Assembly (NCBI GenBank): GCA_030704615.1
Contig: CM060733.1
Span: forward strand, 63,240,001 to 63,304,000
Direction of reading: 5' to 3'
Origin: Takakia lepidozioides
Taxonomy: Eukaryota > Plantae > Bryophyta
DNA length: 64,000 nt
A program made the translations under genes and the position numbers. Positions within the stretch are counted from its first letter, which is position 1; each line of letters starts with the position of its first letter. The notes under the pieces were generated by a model. The model was not told the DNA's origin. It did no database searches and was given only the letters and a program-made list of their open reading frames with translations. Below, one piece after another: positions 1-9,848 of the stretch.

Positions 1-218
1 CACTTAAGCAAGAGACAGACATACATATCTGAATCTGCTGAAATGCTCCTTGGTTTAAAGGTTGTAGAGCCTCTTTCAGTCTGCCTCCCTCACAAATGAT
101 CTTCACATGCCCAGAAGAGCCAGAAGAGGCATTATGGACTCCCTCTCTTGATCCTCTTTTAGAAGTTGTGGTCATGGTTGAGGTGGCTGATTTAAATCAG
201 GGCTGCCAGGCCTGCAAT

Positions 219-990
219 GCACACAAACATGATGTGGCCGGGCTGAACCCCTTCCCCCATCATTTGCTCATAGGTCTCCAAAGCCTCCATCCCACGTCCC
301 TGTTGTGCATACCCTGCAAGCATCGCACTCCACGACACCACATCTCATTCAGCCATAGTGTTGAACACTCCCTTTGCATCCTCGATGCGCCCACATTTTA
401 CATACATGTCTACTAGGGTATTGTTCAAAATGACATTTGGTACAATTCCAGCTTTGAAGGTGTCACCATGGACCTCCTTCCCCTTTTCCAGAGCTGCCAG
501 GGCAGTGTTTCCAATGACATTAGGTACAATTCCAGCTTTGATGATATCCCCATGCACCTCTTTGCCCTTCTCCAGGGCTGCCACGCCTGCAATGCATACA
601 AACATAATGTGGCCGGGCTGGACCCCTTCCCCCATCATTTGCCCATAGGTCTCCAAAGCCTCCATCCCACGTCCCTGTTGTGCATACCCTGCAAGCATCG
701 CACTCCACGACTCCACATCTCGTTCAACCATAGTGTTGAACACTCCCTTTGCATCCCCGATGCACCCACATTTTGCATACATGTCCACTAGGGTATTGTT
801 CAGAATGACATTTGGTACAATTCCAGCTCTGAAGATGTCACCACGGACCTCCTTCCCCTTTTCCAGAGCTGCCAGGGCAGTGTTTAGAATAACATTAGGT
901 ACAATTCCAGCTTTGATGATATCCCCATGCACCTCTTTGCCCTTCTCAGGGGTTGCCAGGCTTGCACAAGCATTGCAATGCACACAAACA
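219..990 (-). pseudogene. PLS-class pentatricopeptide-repeat (PPR) gene fragment built from tandem duplications
   Basis: ORF 345..983 has L/S/P-type motifs (ALEKGKEVHGDI..., NTLVDMYAKCG.I.DA..VF..M.ERDV.SW.AM..GYAQQG.G.EAL). A ~369-bp unit is duplicated and contains ~75-bp sub-duplications. No E/DYW domain is attached and there is no clean start. Confidence 0.85.
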
Positions 991-995
991 TGATG

Positions 996-1450
996 TGAGA
1001 GGGCAAAACAGGCTGAAATAGGTCAAAGAAGAAGATGCCCTCACCACATTGTCCTTGAGGTTGTGTCATGACTTGACCGACCATCAACCCAAAAGGTGCT
1101 CTTGTGTGTGCTGCTTGTGTATGCAGTCAGGTAATGTCGGTTTGGTCTGTGAGATCGAACCACCACGGTGTAGCTGAGTAGGCAGAGATTGAAACACGGC
1201 CTGCTAAGACCAAGCTAACTCTCCCAAGAACGGCAAGCTCGCAAGAATGTTGTGAGCTTCTCCTCGTCTCATCTCCTCCTCATTTCCTCCTTCCTGCATC
1301 ATTTGCTCAACGCCTCCATCCCACGCCCCTGCATATCCTACGTTCATCGCATTCCATCCCTCGGCTACTGGTGTGGCGCAGGGAGACAAAAAAAAAGCCA
1401 AGTCCCAACCCTCCTCTGTGTTCACGATTACCCTAATTGGCAACCTTATT
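996..1450. repeat. Dispersed ~450-bp module, copy 1 (copy 2 at 33692-34121)
   Basis: Colinear similarity, e.g. tgagagggcaaaacaggctgaaatagg versus tgagagggcaacacaggctgaaatagg, and ctgttcacgattac...ggcaaccttatt at the end of both. On the minus strand it contains a degenerate PPR motif (GWNAM..GYA..GRGMEA..EQMMQEG). Confidence 0.85.
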
Positions 1451-2235
1451 AGCAACTTTTTAACTTTTTAACCTTTTGCACTTTGATTCATTTTAGGTCA
1501 GAGGCTAAAGTCCTGCTACCAGACTTGTTTAGAAAACCAAAACACCACGTAGACAAACATTATGGTAATAAAATATATTACCATTGGGCTGGTTTGAACA
1601 CTTATTGGTAAATTTAGGTTAGGATTTTTAGGTTAGGATTTTTTCGAAATATTCTGGTTTTTTCTTTGATGTGTGAGATGACAAAGTCCAAGCATGTCAC
1701 ATAAACAAGGAGTTCAACGTAAGGATGATGCAAGTGATTTGTGGCAAAAAGTGTAAATCATGCCTATGCCTATTTGTCCTAGTTGTGTCATAGGTTGCAA
1801 CGGAACGAGGCCACCTTTGAATGGGATCCCCATGCTCATTTCACCAAGGGCATTATAGACTTTATAATGTAGAGATTGAAAATGGGGTGTATTCTTCACT
1901 TGCTAGTAGCCCATCGTGCAGATTTCTAAACATGAACATGAAGTTCATAATCATTTTCCAAGGGCATCATTCTCAAACTCCCCATACACCACAATCAGTG
2001 GAAATAATTGTATGTTCCCATTTCACACAAGTGTGTAACATGCCATGTAAACTAAGCCAACCCCTGCCACGCTCATGGCTGTTTTCACTCTTGCCTGGGG
2101 TGTGGACCACACCTGAAGTCTACATTGGCCTGACATCATGCCTTTGGCACTTCAACTTGTCTAGTGGAAATCATTTGTGATTGTGCCTTGGCTGACTCCT
2201 GCATTGTCCAACTTCCCTGTCTTGACAGACATACC

Positions 2236-2460
2236 GGGGGTTGCTATTCCATGAGCTCATGAGCGGTGAGCTCATCATGAGCGGGCATGGCTAACCCATG
2301 AGCCGCAAAGTAACACACTTCGAATTTTGGCAGATTTTTTTCGGGCCAAAAACTATAAAATAATCAAAAATCGAAGATTTCCGCGCTCATGCTGGAAGCA
2401 CTCCGCTCATGAGTACCAGTGTACGCTCATGACTTGGAGCCCAGGCTCATGGACCGCCAG
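2236..2460. repeat. Left TIR/subterminal region of MULE-A (ATGAGC/GCTCAT motif cluster)
   Basis: Repeated atgagctcat, gctcatgag and catgagc motifs, mirrored at 15620-15686. Confidence 0.8.
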
Positions 2461-2689
2461 GCCAGGTCATAGAATAACTGAATTCTGGGCAATAACGGCA
2501 CCGAAATTATCCCAGAGGCAGAGACGCAAGTGGAATTAGGATCCGGGTTTGCAGACTCCGAAAACGCAATGGCGACCTATAACCGTGGATAGTACTATTG
2601 CAGAAGTGCAGGATGGTTGGGTATAACAACGCCGTAATTGGGCACAGGAAAAGAAATAGCCGGCTGAAGGCTCGGGAGTGAAGCCAACA

Positions 2690-2985
2690 ACGGTGAAAGT
2701 AATTGGGCTCCGCCAACCAAATACCCGGCTGCATCCTCCGGAGTGCAGGCGATAACGGCGCCGAAATGGGCCCCGGAAACCAAATACTCGGCTCAAGCCA
2801 CCGGAGTGCAGCCAATAACGGCGCCGAAATTGGGTCCGGAAACCAAATACCCGGCTGAAGGCTGGGGATTGCAACCAATAACGGCGCCGAAATTGACCTG
2901 CGGAAACAAAATTCTCGGCTGAAGCTTCCGCACTCCATGTAATAACGGCGCCGAAATTGGCGTCGGAGAGCAAATACCCGCCTTA
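2690..2985. repeat. 63-bp subterminal tandem repeat carrying AATAACGGCGCCGAAAT
   Basis: GGCGCC cores start at 2757, 2820, 2883 and 2947 (period 63-64), and the unit sequence is conserved. Confidence 0.9.
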
Positions 2986-3068
2986 CGGTGAGGGAGGCCT
3001 TGCTCTCATTTTGCTCTTCACTCTTCTCTGTTGTGCCCATCTCCTCCCTGCTTTGAGTTCGTGCTGTG

Positions 3069-3628
3069 TATGAGGCCATGTCGTGCCCGAATCACATCTA
3101 TCGACGCCAGACGGGAGTCATTTTCCCGAAAGCAGACGACATCATTGTCTTCCTGGATGTTTACAGGGACGATCCTCGACTTGTCCAGCTGAGAGCAATG
3201 GAGTTTCTTGCAGGATTGCACGATTCTCCTGGACCCGGCTGGGGAGCAGGTGGTTCCTACGCATCATGGACCTGGACTTTCCGCATGTGTGGGAGCCGAA
3301 CAGATCACGCACAGCGTTGCTGTATCGCTGGAATTGTTGCGAGTGGACGTATGATGAGTGCATAGGTGAAAACTTTACGCGTGGACGGACTGGCTCGGAA
3401 AGTGGGGACATTCTCTTCAGTTATGAGGATGAGGAGGAGGGGAACACAGGGCCCACTGTGAAAATGTCCTTCTACCAAGGGGGCGCTATCGATAAACACG
3501 ACATCCTCGTTAGTTTCAACCGGGCGACAGAAACCACTGACATTTTGTTCAAATATAGGCACCCGGTCACTGAGGAGGTCCTTGAGAGGCCAGTTCGAGT
3601 TCCTTCTTCTTGGGCGAGGGGACCATAG
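3069..3628 (+). pseudogene. Small cargo ORF of unknown function in MULE-A (~180 aa, one apparent frameshift)
   Basis: ORF 3066..3365 (MSCPNHIYRRQTGVIFPKADDIIVFLDVY...) joins ORF 3083..3628 (...DFPHVWEP...DILFSYEDEEEG...) through a frameshift near 3270. Composition is globular-protein-like, but I recognise no family. Confidence 0.45.
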
Positions 3629-4116
3629 GTCTTGCATGCTAGAGTAGACATGTTTCAACTCGCTGACACTCATGGCACATACATTTTCATTCAGAAATCA
3701 AGCAGCTTCCCTGTGCCATATGGGGAATATACATGCTTCGATAATCTTCTGTTAAGGTTTTTTGCAATTCACTGCCAGTATGCTGGGACGTGTCCTTTGT
3801 CGTATGGATTGCTGTTTGCACAAGGTGCAGTATGCAAATGCTGGAATGTGCAGTAGGACCCTTCCCACTGGGACACAGAACTAGCAATCTTGTAAAGGCA
3901 TCACATTTGCAGAACAGTAACAATGTATTTGTAGCAAATTGGAGTCTTCTCATAAAAAACGCCACGAATTTTTAAAACCAATGCCCGGTATGCGGGTAGG
4001 CAATGCCATTCAAAGTAAAAAGTAGCCATGATTGTATAATTCCTCACAAAAAAATAGGGTGCAAGAAGATGAATGTAATATAATTGCCACTTTCTCTCCT
4101 TCCCGAATGTGGAATG

Positions 4117-7100
4117 TCAAGCAGTCCGACCAGTATCCTGCCGTAGGGCCTTGTGCAGCTCGTTGAAACTCAGTGTTGGAGCATGGATGAAGACGTCCAC
4201 TGCGGATATGCAACTCATGCGCTTCATAAAAATGTAATAAAGGTGTTTGCAGGGGACGTATGCTGCATTCTTCGATTCCATAACAAGGAAGTCCTCACAG
4301 TTGCAAGCTGGGTACTGTGAAACCGTGATTGCATACACGACACTGCGCGCAGCAGACCCGGCTGTTGACAACTGAAATATGCGCCCCATCCCGGGGTGAG
4401 GAACATCCCTGCAACCTTGCACTATGCAGGGCATTGCAAGAGCGTTGGCCATCCTGGTGTCGTTCGCCTTTGTTGGTGGCCGCCGTCTTTTCAGTTTCCC
4501 CCACCGATGGGTGGGCCAAGCTGCGGGGTCACCCACCGGTATGCGGGGGCGAAGAGCTTCTCGTGGGAGGAGGATGACGATTGGGAATTGGATTTCGTGG
4601 AACGTCTGTCCTCTCCACCAGTCGAAACCCTGCACTTCCTAGAGCGTCTGCCTCCTCCAGGGTAATCTGTACCACTTGCCACAGGCCAGACTGCCGGTGG
4701 TTCAGGCATGCCTTGTACACCATACTTGGGCTTGCCGAACACACACGACATGATGTCGTGCCTGCAGAACCAAAACTCCTTCAGTGTGGCCTCCACAAAC
4801 TTTGCGCACACAAATCTCCCTGTGAAGCAAGGGGCAGGCACACCGCCCTGCGGGCTCCTCCGAATCATCTCATTGCATCTCTGGTTGGTGTCGACACGAA
4901 CAGCACAACATTTGCCACGAAATGTCGGACGGTCCGTGCAATTCTCCACTGCGAGGCCGACACATCTCGCTCCACGATTGGAATGTTGTATTGGGTAACG
5001 AAACAGGAGCAACATGCCCATCCTCGGCATGTTGTCCCGAGTCTGGCAGCGATTCCATGGATGCTGCAGGAGAGGGGGTACGAGTCCTGCTTCGTGGAGG
5101 CGTGGGACGCAACATCGTTGCGCCCCGAGGTTGAGTGCGGATGTTCATATCTGATCTCCATGAATCCCCATCCCCTCCGGGCATGTCCTCAATTCTTCTC
5201 TTCACCGGCCGGCTGCGGACATCGCCCTCCAGGCAGTTCCCCCGACTGTGTAACGGCGTTGACCTTATTGTTTCCCGCAATGCAGCAGTCCATTTTTTGG
5301 GATCGGTCGAACGATGCGCCGCCCTCATCAGCATCTCCTGCCTGTCTGGTCCGATACCCCATTGCTTTCCTCCCAGAAACTGGTAGTAATGAGATTGTTG
5401 CATGATGGCCCTCACAATATCTTCTGTTGTTGCTGTCAACATGTCAACGAGATGTGCTGCAGAGGAAGCACGCCAGGAAGAGTGCACCGATTCGGCCATG
5501 TTCGTCGTCGGCATATCCGTGTCATCCTCCAAGCTCATGTCCTGTTGAAGGAAATTAGATATGTCACTGATTGTGGAGAATGTCCAAGCACAAAACAGAA
5601 CAATTGTCAAGTACAGAAATGTGTTACCTGTCATGTAGTCTCCAAACTGGCGGAATCTATAATGCCACCACGCAAGCCACGTTTGCAGTTCTGGCTGATC
5701 TTTCACATCCACTGCCCCTGAAGACACCCACCAGGCGCGTATGGTTGCAAACTCGGTCTCCGCCTCGTCGATGGAATTCGCATTTTTCCACGCTAGGCAC
5801 ATACTGATATGATCCTGCCGGTGGCGTGACGCCACGAACCTTTTCGTGTTTTGCGTCAAACTCTGCATGAAGTGGAACCCGCAAGATCTCTCCTTTCCTT
5901 CCATTGGAGTCTTTGGGTCGTCCCCATATACCCTCCTAACTGCAGCCCAGTTTGCCTGGGCATTGTCAGCCATGAAGCCCCTAAAATCGGGAGGGGGCAA
6001 CTTGGCTCTCGCCATTTGCTCATTAATTCCGCGCCACATATGCAACTCCGAATCTGTGTCTTCTCCCTTCATTTCGCAGATAGCAATGGTCATCAACTTT
6101 CTGCAATGTGGGTCGTATACATGTGCCCCCATTGTCACCCAATCGTGGTTGGTAATTCGCCGGATGTGGTCGAACATGACCCAACAATTTGAAGGTCTCC
6201 ACTGGTCATCCGCTTCACCAAATCGACGCCGCTCCCCGGTCCGCACGTTGACATCTTAAATATGAAGCACCTGTCCGTCTCCGAGCCTTGACCAGGAAAG
6301 AAGCTGCCTTGGATGAAGTCGTAGCCGCATGTGCGCTTCACTTCCAAGATGGAGTGCATGTCTGATCCTCTTCCGATTCGTTTCTTGCAGCTGACAATGT
6401 GGTTCCTGACATTGGGGCTGCACACATGGGAGACAGCTTCCAGCAGGTCCTTCATGTCCCCCTCGCCCAGCTTCTCTCTTGTGCTTCCGTCCTCCGACAT
6501 TATTCTGCCAATTGCAATCCTATGTGCCGATGCGAGCTGTATCTGCTTTGGTTTTGCACCCGGCCTCAACCTCACCTCCTCCTTGATAATATCCTGGGCT
6601 TGTTGAAAAGCGACTCTGCAATTGCCTCTGGCGAGGGGGTGCTCATGCTTTCCGATGTGAATGCATGCTCTGGTGCACGCTGGGCCGACGGTCCCGACGT
6701 AGTACTGCTTGGCGTTGCACACTGCCATGCACGTAGGGGCTGCGTTGCAATGGGCACACTTGAACGTCCCTGCAGGAACTCTACCTTGAGGCCAAAATGG
6801 GGTCGACGAATTGCCAATCCAGTCAGTCTCATTCCTGGTGCCTTTGCTAGTGTAATGGTAACATGTGCTCGAGAAACATTTAAGATGCCCAGCACACAAT
6901 ACATATCTCACTCGAACTCCATCACCCAGGTTGGACGATGAAGTTTTGGTGACACACCAAGGGTGGCCGTCATGTTTCCTGTTCATTCCTGCGAGCATGC
7001 CGTCTGGGCCTGCGCCTGCCGGCACTGGAGGGAACTCGTATAGCATTCCCATCCACAACATCAGGCAAAGTTTCCACAAATGGATTGGAGTTTTGTCGTA

Positions 7101-7701
7101 ATCAAGCCTAAGAAGGTCACTGGAGCGGGAACCCGTTGTCTTCATCCTCCGCAATATGTCGATTACTGAGCGGACGGAAGTTGAGTCGGACGGTGTATGC
7201 TGAACACTCCTAGTGACGGACGACTTCGAAACATACGATGGAAGGACCATACAGTCTTCATCGTCACTGGATAAGTCGTGGACGACTGTTTCCCTGTTTT
7301 CCTGGATTTCCCTTTTCACATGTTTGGGCTTCTCTGCTTGTGAAGAGGTGCCCACATCCTTCACATCTTGCACGCCCCAGACCCTCTTGTGGAAGGAGGA
7401 TCAACCAAGTTCCAGCGTGGGAACTCTTTAGGCACGATTTCACCAATGGCACTGTACCGGATGGATTCAGAAGCTGGGAGCCGCCACTTTGCCTTTTCCG
7501 AAATCTGCATGCAGAATGACGGCACTTTCCAGAAAATTTCCATAAGCATCCTTCGTCTCCTCTTCCAAAAACACCGTTCCAGGGCGGAGCCCGAACTTCA
7601 CACACAAGTACTGCTCAGTGACAATCGCAAATCCTTGGTCGCAGGGTATTTTAGCTTTCAGAGAATCAGGATGGAAGTACACGTTGACCCAAACACGCCA
7701 T
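4117..7701 (-). pseudogene. MULE-type DDE transposase with N-terminal GCM/WRKY-like Zn domain and C-terminal SWIM finger (frameshifted)
   Basis: GCM-like W..T...C.G.LKC...C...C..C...G.HEHP (ORF 6135..7373). Catalytic D (VMFDH), D (FMADNAQAN), CxxH (SCGFH) and E (TNMAESVH) in ORF 4870..6246. SWIM CNCEDF...PCKH in ORF 4117..4635. Intron at ~5542-5627. Confidence 0.9.
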
Positions 7702-7944
7702 TTTGAAGACGGGACCTCTCGGTACGCTCCGCAGCGAAGTCCTGCAATGAGAAGAGTGTGTCCTACCTAATAACACAAATGATTTTCTGGAGGATTCCGT
7801 ATCCAACAGATGGGTGATCAGTGCACGTAAAGATGAAGGTGTGTAACGTACGTTAAAAAACGGACGAAACAGCAAGTTCACATCGGATATTTGGTGCCTG
7901 AATTGTAATGTACAACCACTTGGGGTACAATAAATCAGGCCTTC

Positions 7945-9605
7945 CCATGAATTTCGGCACCGAAATCTGGATGAACATCTCTGTCATGTAACAGCTTTGG
8001 AAGCCAGGGGATGAATTCTGGCAACAGAAATCGTAATTTGTTTACCTCATTAAACTGACCAAGCACCCAACGGATGGATTTCGGTGCCGAAATTCGGATG
8101 AACTTCTTCTTCATTAAATTGTATCTGCACATATGGGTTGAATTTAGATGCCAAAATACGGATGAATGTGTTCCTGATTACAGTCGTGATTCACCACGTG
8201 TCCGGATATCGGTGCCGACTTCCGAATGACAGTAATCCTGAATCGGCAGAATGGATGTATTTCGGCGCCGAAATTCATTCTTCATCTCCTTTTCCGACCC
8301 TAATTCTGCTGCCCTGCGGATGGATTTCGGTGCCAGAATTCATCGGAAGTCCTTTTTGTTTTTATTTTTCTTTGCGACAGATGAACTTTGGCGCCGAATC
8401 TCATCCAAGTACTCCCTTTTAATTTTCCTTTTTCTTCGCGAGCAATGAATTTCGGCGCCGAAATTCAACCGAAATTTTTTTTTTTCTTCGCGAGCATTGA
8501 ATTTCGGCGCCGAAATTCATTCCAAGTCCTCCCGAATTTTTTATTTTCCTTCGCGAGCAATGAATTCGGCGCCGAAATTCATCCGAAGTCCTCCCGAATT
8601 TTTTTTTCTTCGCGAGCAATGAATTTCGGCGCCGAAATTCAGCCGACTTCATCCCTCCAAATTCTTTCAGGGTTTGAGCGCCGATTTCGGCGCCGAAATT
8701 CATCCAATGCCATATTTATTTTTCTTTGAAATGGATCAATTTCGGCGCCGAAATTCATCCTTACTGTCCGCAATGAGTAACTCTAATATTACATTTTCTA
8801 TGCGACGGATGAATTTCGGCGCCGAAATTCGTCCAAACCCGGCACTTACTTTTTGCTTTTGGATGATAATTTTCCGTAAATCGTTGGAAATACCCCGTTC
8901 CGACGAATATAACAGGAATATTCTGCATTTAATGGAGAAATCGGCATATTAAACCACTTCTGTCAAAATTAATTGCATTTTAGCCGTTTTTTTTCATTTG
9001 AAACCGACAGTATCCATTAAGTGGTCTTTTTCGCACGGGACGTTGCCGCACATAAAGTATAATTTCGGCGCCGAAATTATAGTTAAATGTCCAGAAATGG
9101 CAAGTCCAACAGGCATGGACAGCATCCGTCAGGGGCAATGATGGCGGCAAAGCGTAGCATGGTGCCATTTTAGTCTTCGCTCTGGATGAATTTCGGCGCC
9201 GAAATAATGATTTCACCTCGTCTACGCGCGGACGGAGATATTCGTAATGAATTTCGGCGCCGAAATATGGATGAAATGTGCCCAAGTGCAACCGTTTCCT
9301 GTCCCGGAATTAATTCCGGCTCCGATATCCCACACAGGTTTGCTCATGACGGATGAGGACTTGGAAGCGATGAATTGCGGCGCCGAAATTCGTAAGTTTG
9401 TGTATGAAAGCACTTGAATAGGATGAATTTCGGCGCCGAAATTCATCCGTCCGCTGATGAAACGTACCGACCTGACTGTTGAATGTCATAGGCAGGGGAT
9501 TTTCATGGCGGTTGGGTTTCATGATGTGCGGATATTTCATTCAATGCCGGCTGCTCCGGGAACAGCATCCGGTGAACGGAAGGTATTTCGGTGCCGCAAT
9601 TCGGA
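7945..9605. repeat. Array of the palindrome ATTTCGGCGCCGAAAT in the region between the divergent transposase and ParB-MTase genes
   Basis: About 22 exact or degenerate copies by manual count. The longest is the perfect 28-mer GGATGAATTTCGGCGCCGAAATTCATCC at 9421-9448. Confidence 0.95.
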
Positions 9606-9848
9606 TAAACCGTCTTGTACTGGTGGCTGGAACTGGCACGCGTCGTGTTCCAGTCGACTTCATCCGTGCGAACGTGTCAGGGGTCACAATCTCTTCATCA
9701 CCCATACGGCAAAAGTGTTGGACGGTGGCAACGCTTCGGGACGTGGCTGCTTACGCATCTGCTCGTGCATAGTGGTTGCATGTTCCACCGCTTCGCTCTC
9801 TCGCTCCTTGCCCTTCTGCAGTGACGTTCTCCTGCGTTTCCTCTCCTT

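Noticed and set aside
1450-2235. Left CACTA terminus matching the end at 34459
   Set aside because: No CACTACAAG was found here or in 15694-16543, so the left end is deleted or lies outside the window.
2507-3079. 190-aa minus-strand ORF with PISAPL repeats
   Set aside because: It is a by-product of the 63-bp subterminal tandem repeat.
4581-5405. 274-aa plus-strand ORF and similar antisense ORFs (e.g. 17884..18597, 43465..43932)
   Set aside because: They are antisense shadows of the transposase or MTase coding strands.
4870-6246. KDZ/Zisupton-type transposase (these also have SWIM and carry DNA-modifying cargo)
   Set aside because: The catalytic motifs (D...D..CxxH...NxxE) and the 9-bp TSD of the sister element fit the Mutator superfamily. 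No KDZ CxC or H...H..C signature was seen.
8138-9540. Short ORFs with repeated MNFGAEI / EFRRRNS peptides
   Set aside because: These are translations of the DNA palindrome on both strands and not credible proteins.
7945-9605. CRISPR array (palindromic repeats separated by ~35-45-bp variable spacers)
   Set aside because: The context is eukaryotic and intron-containing with no cas genes. Spacers are partly duplicated from each other and T-rich, and the same motif is scattered in introns and subtermini of the transposon.
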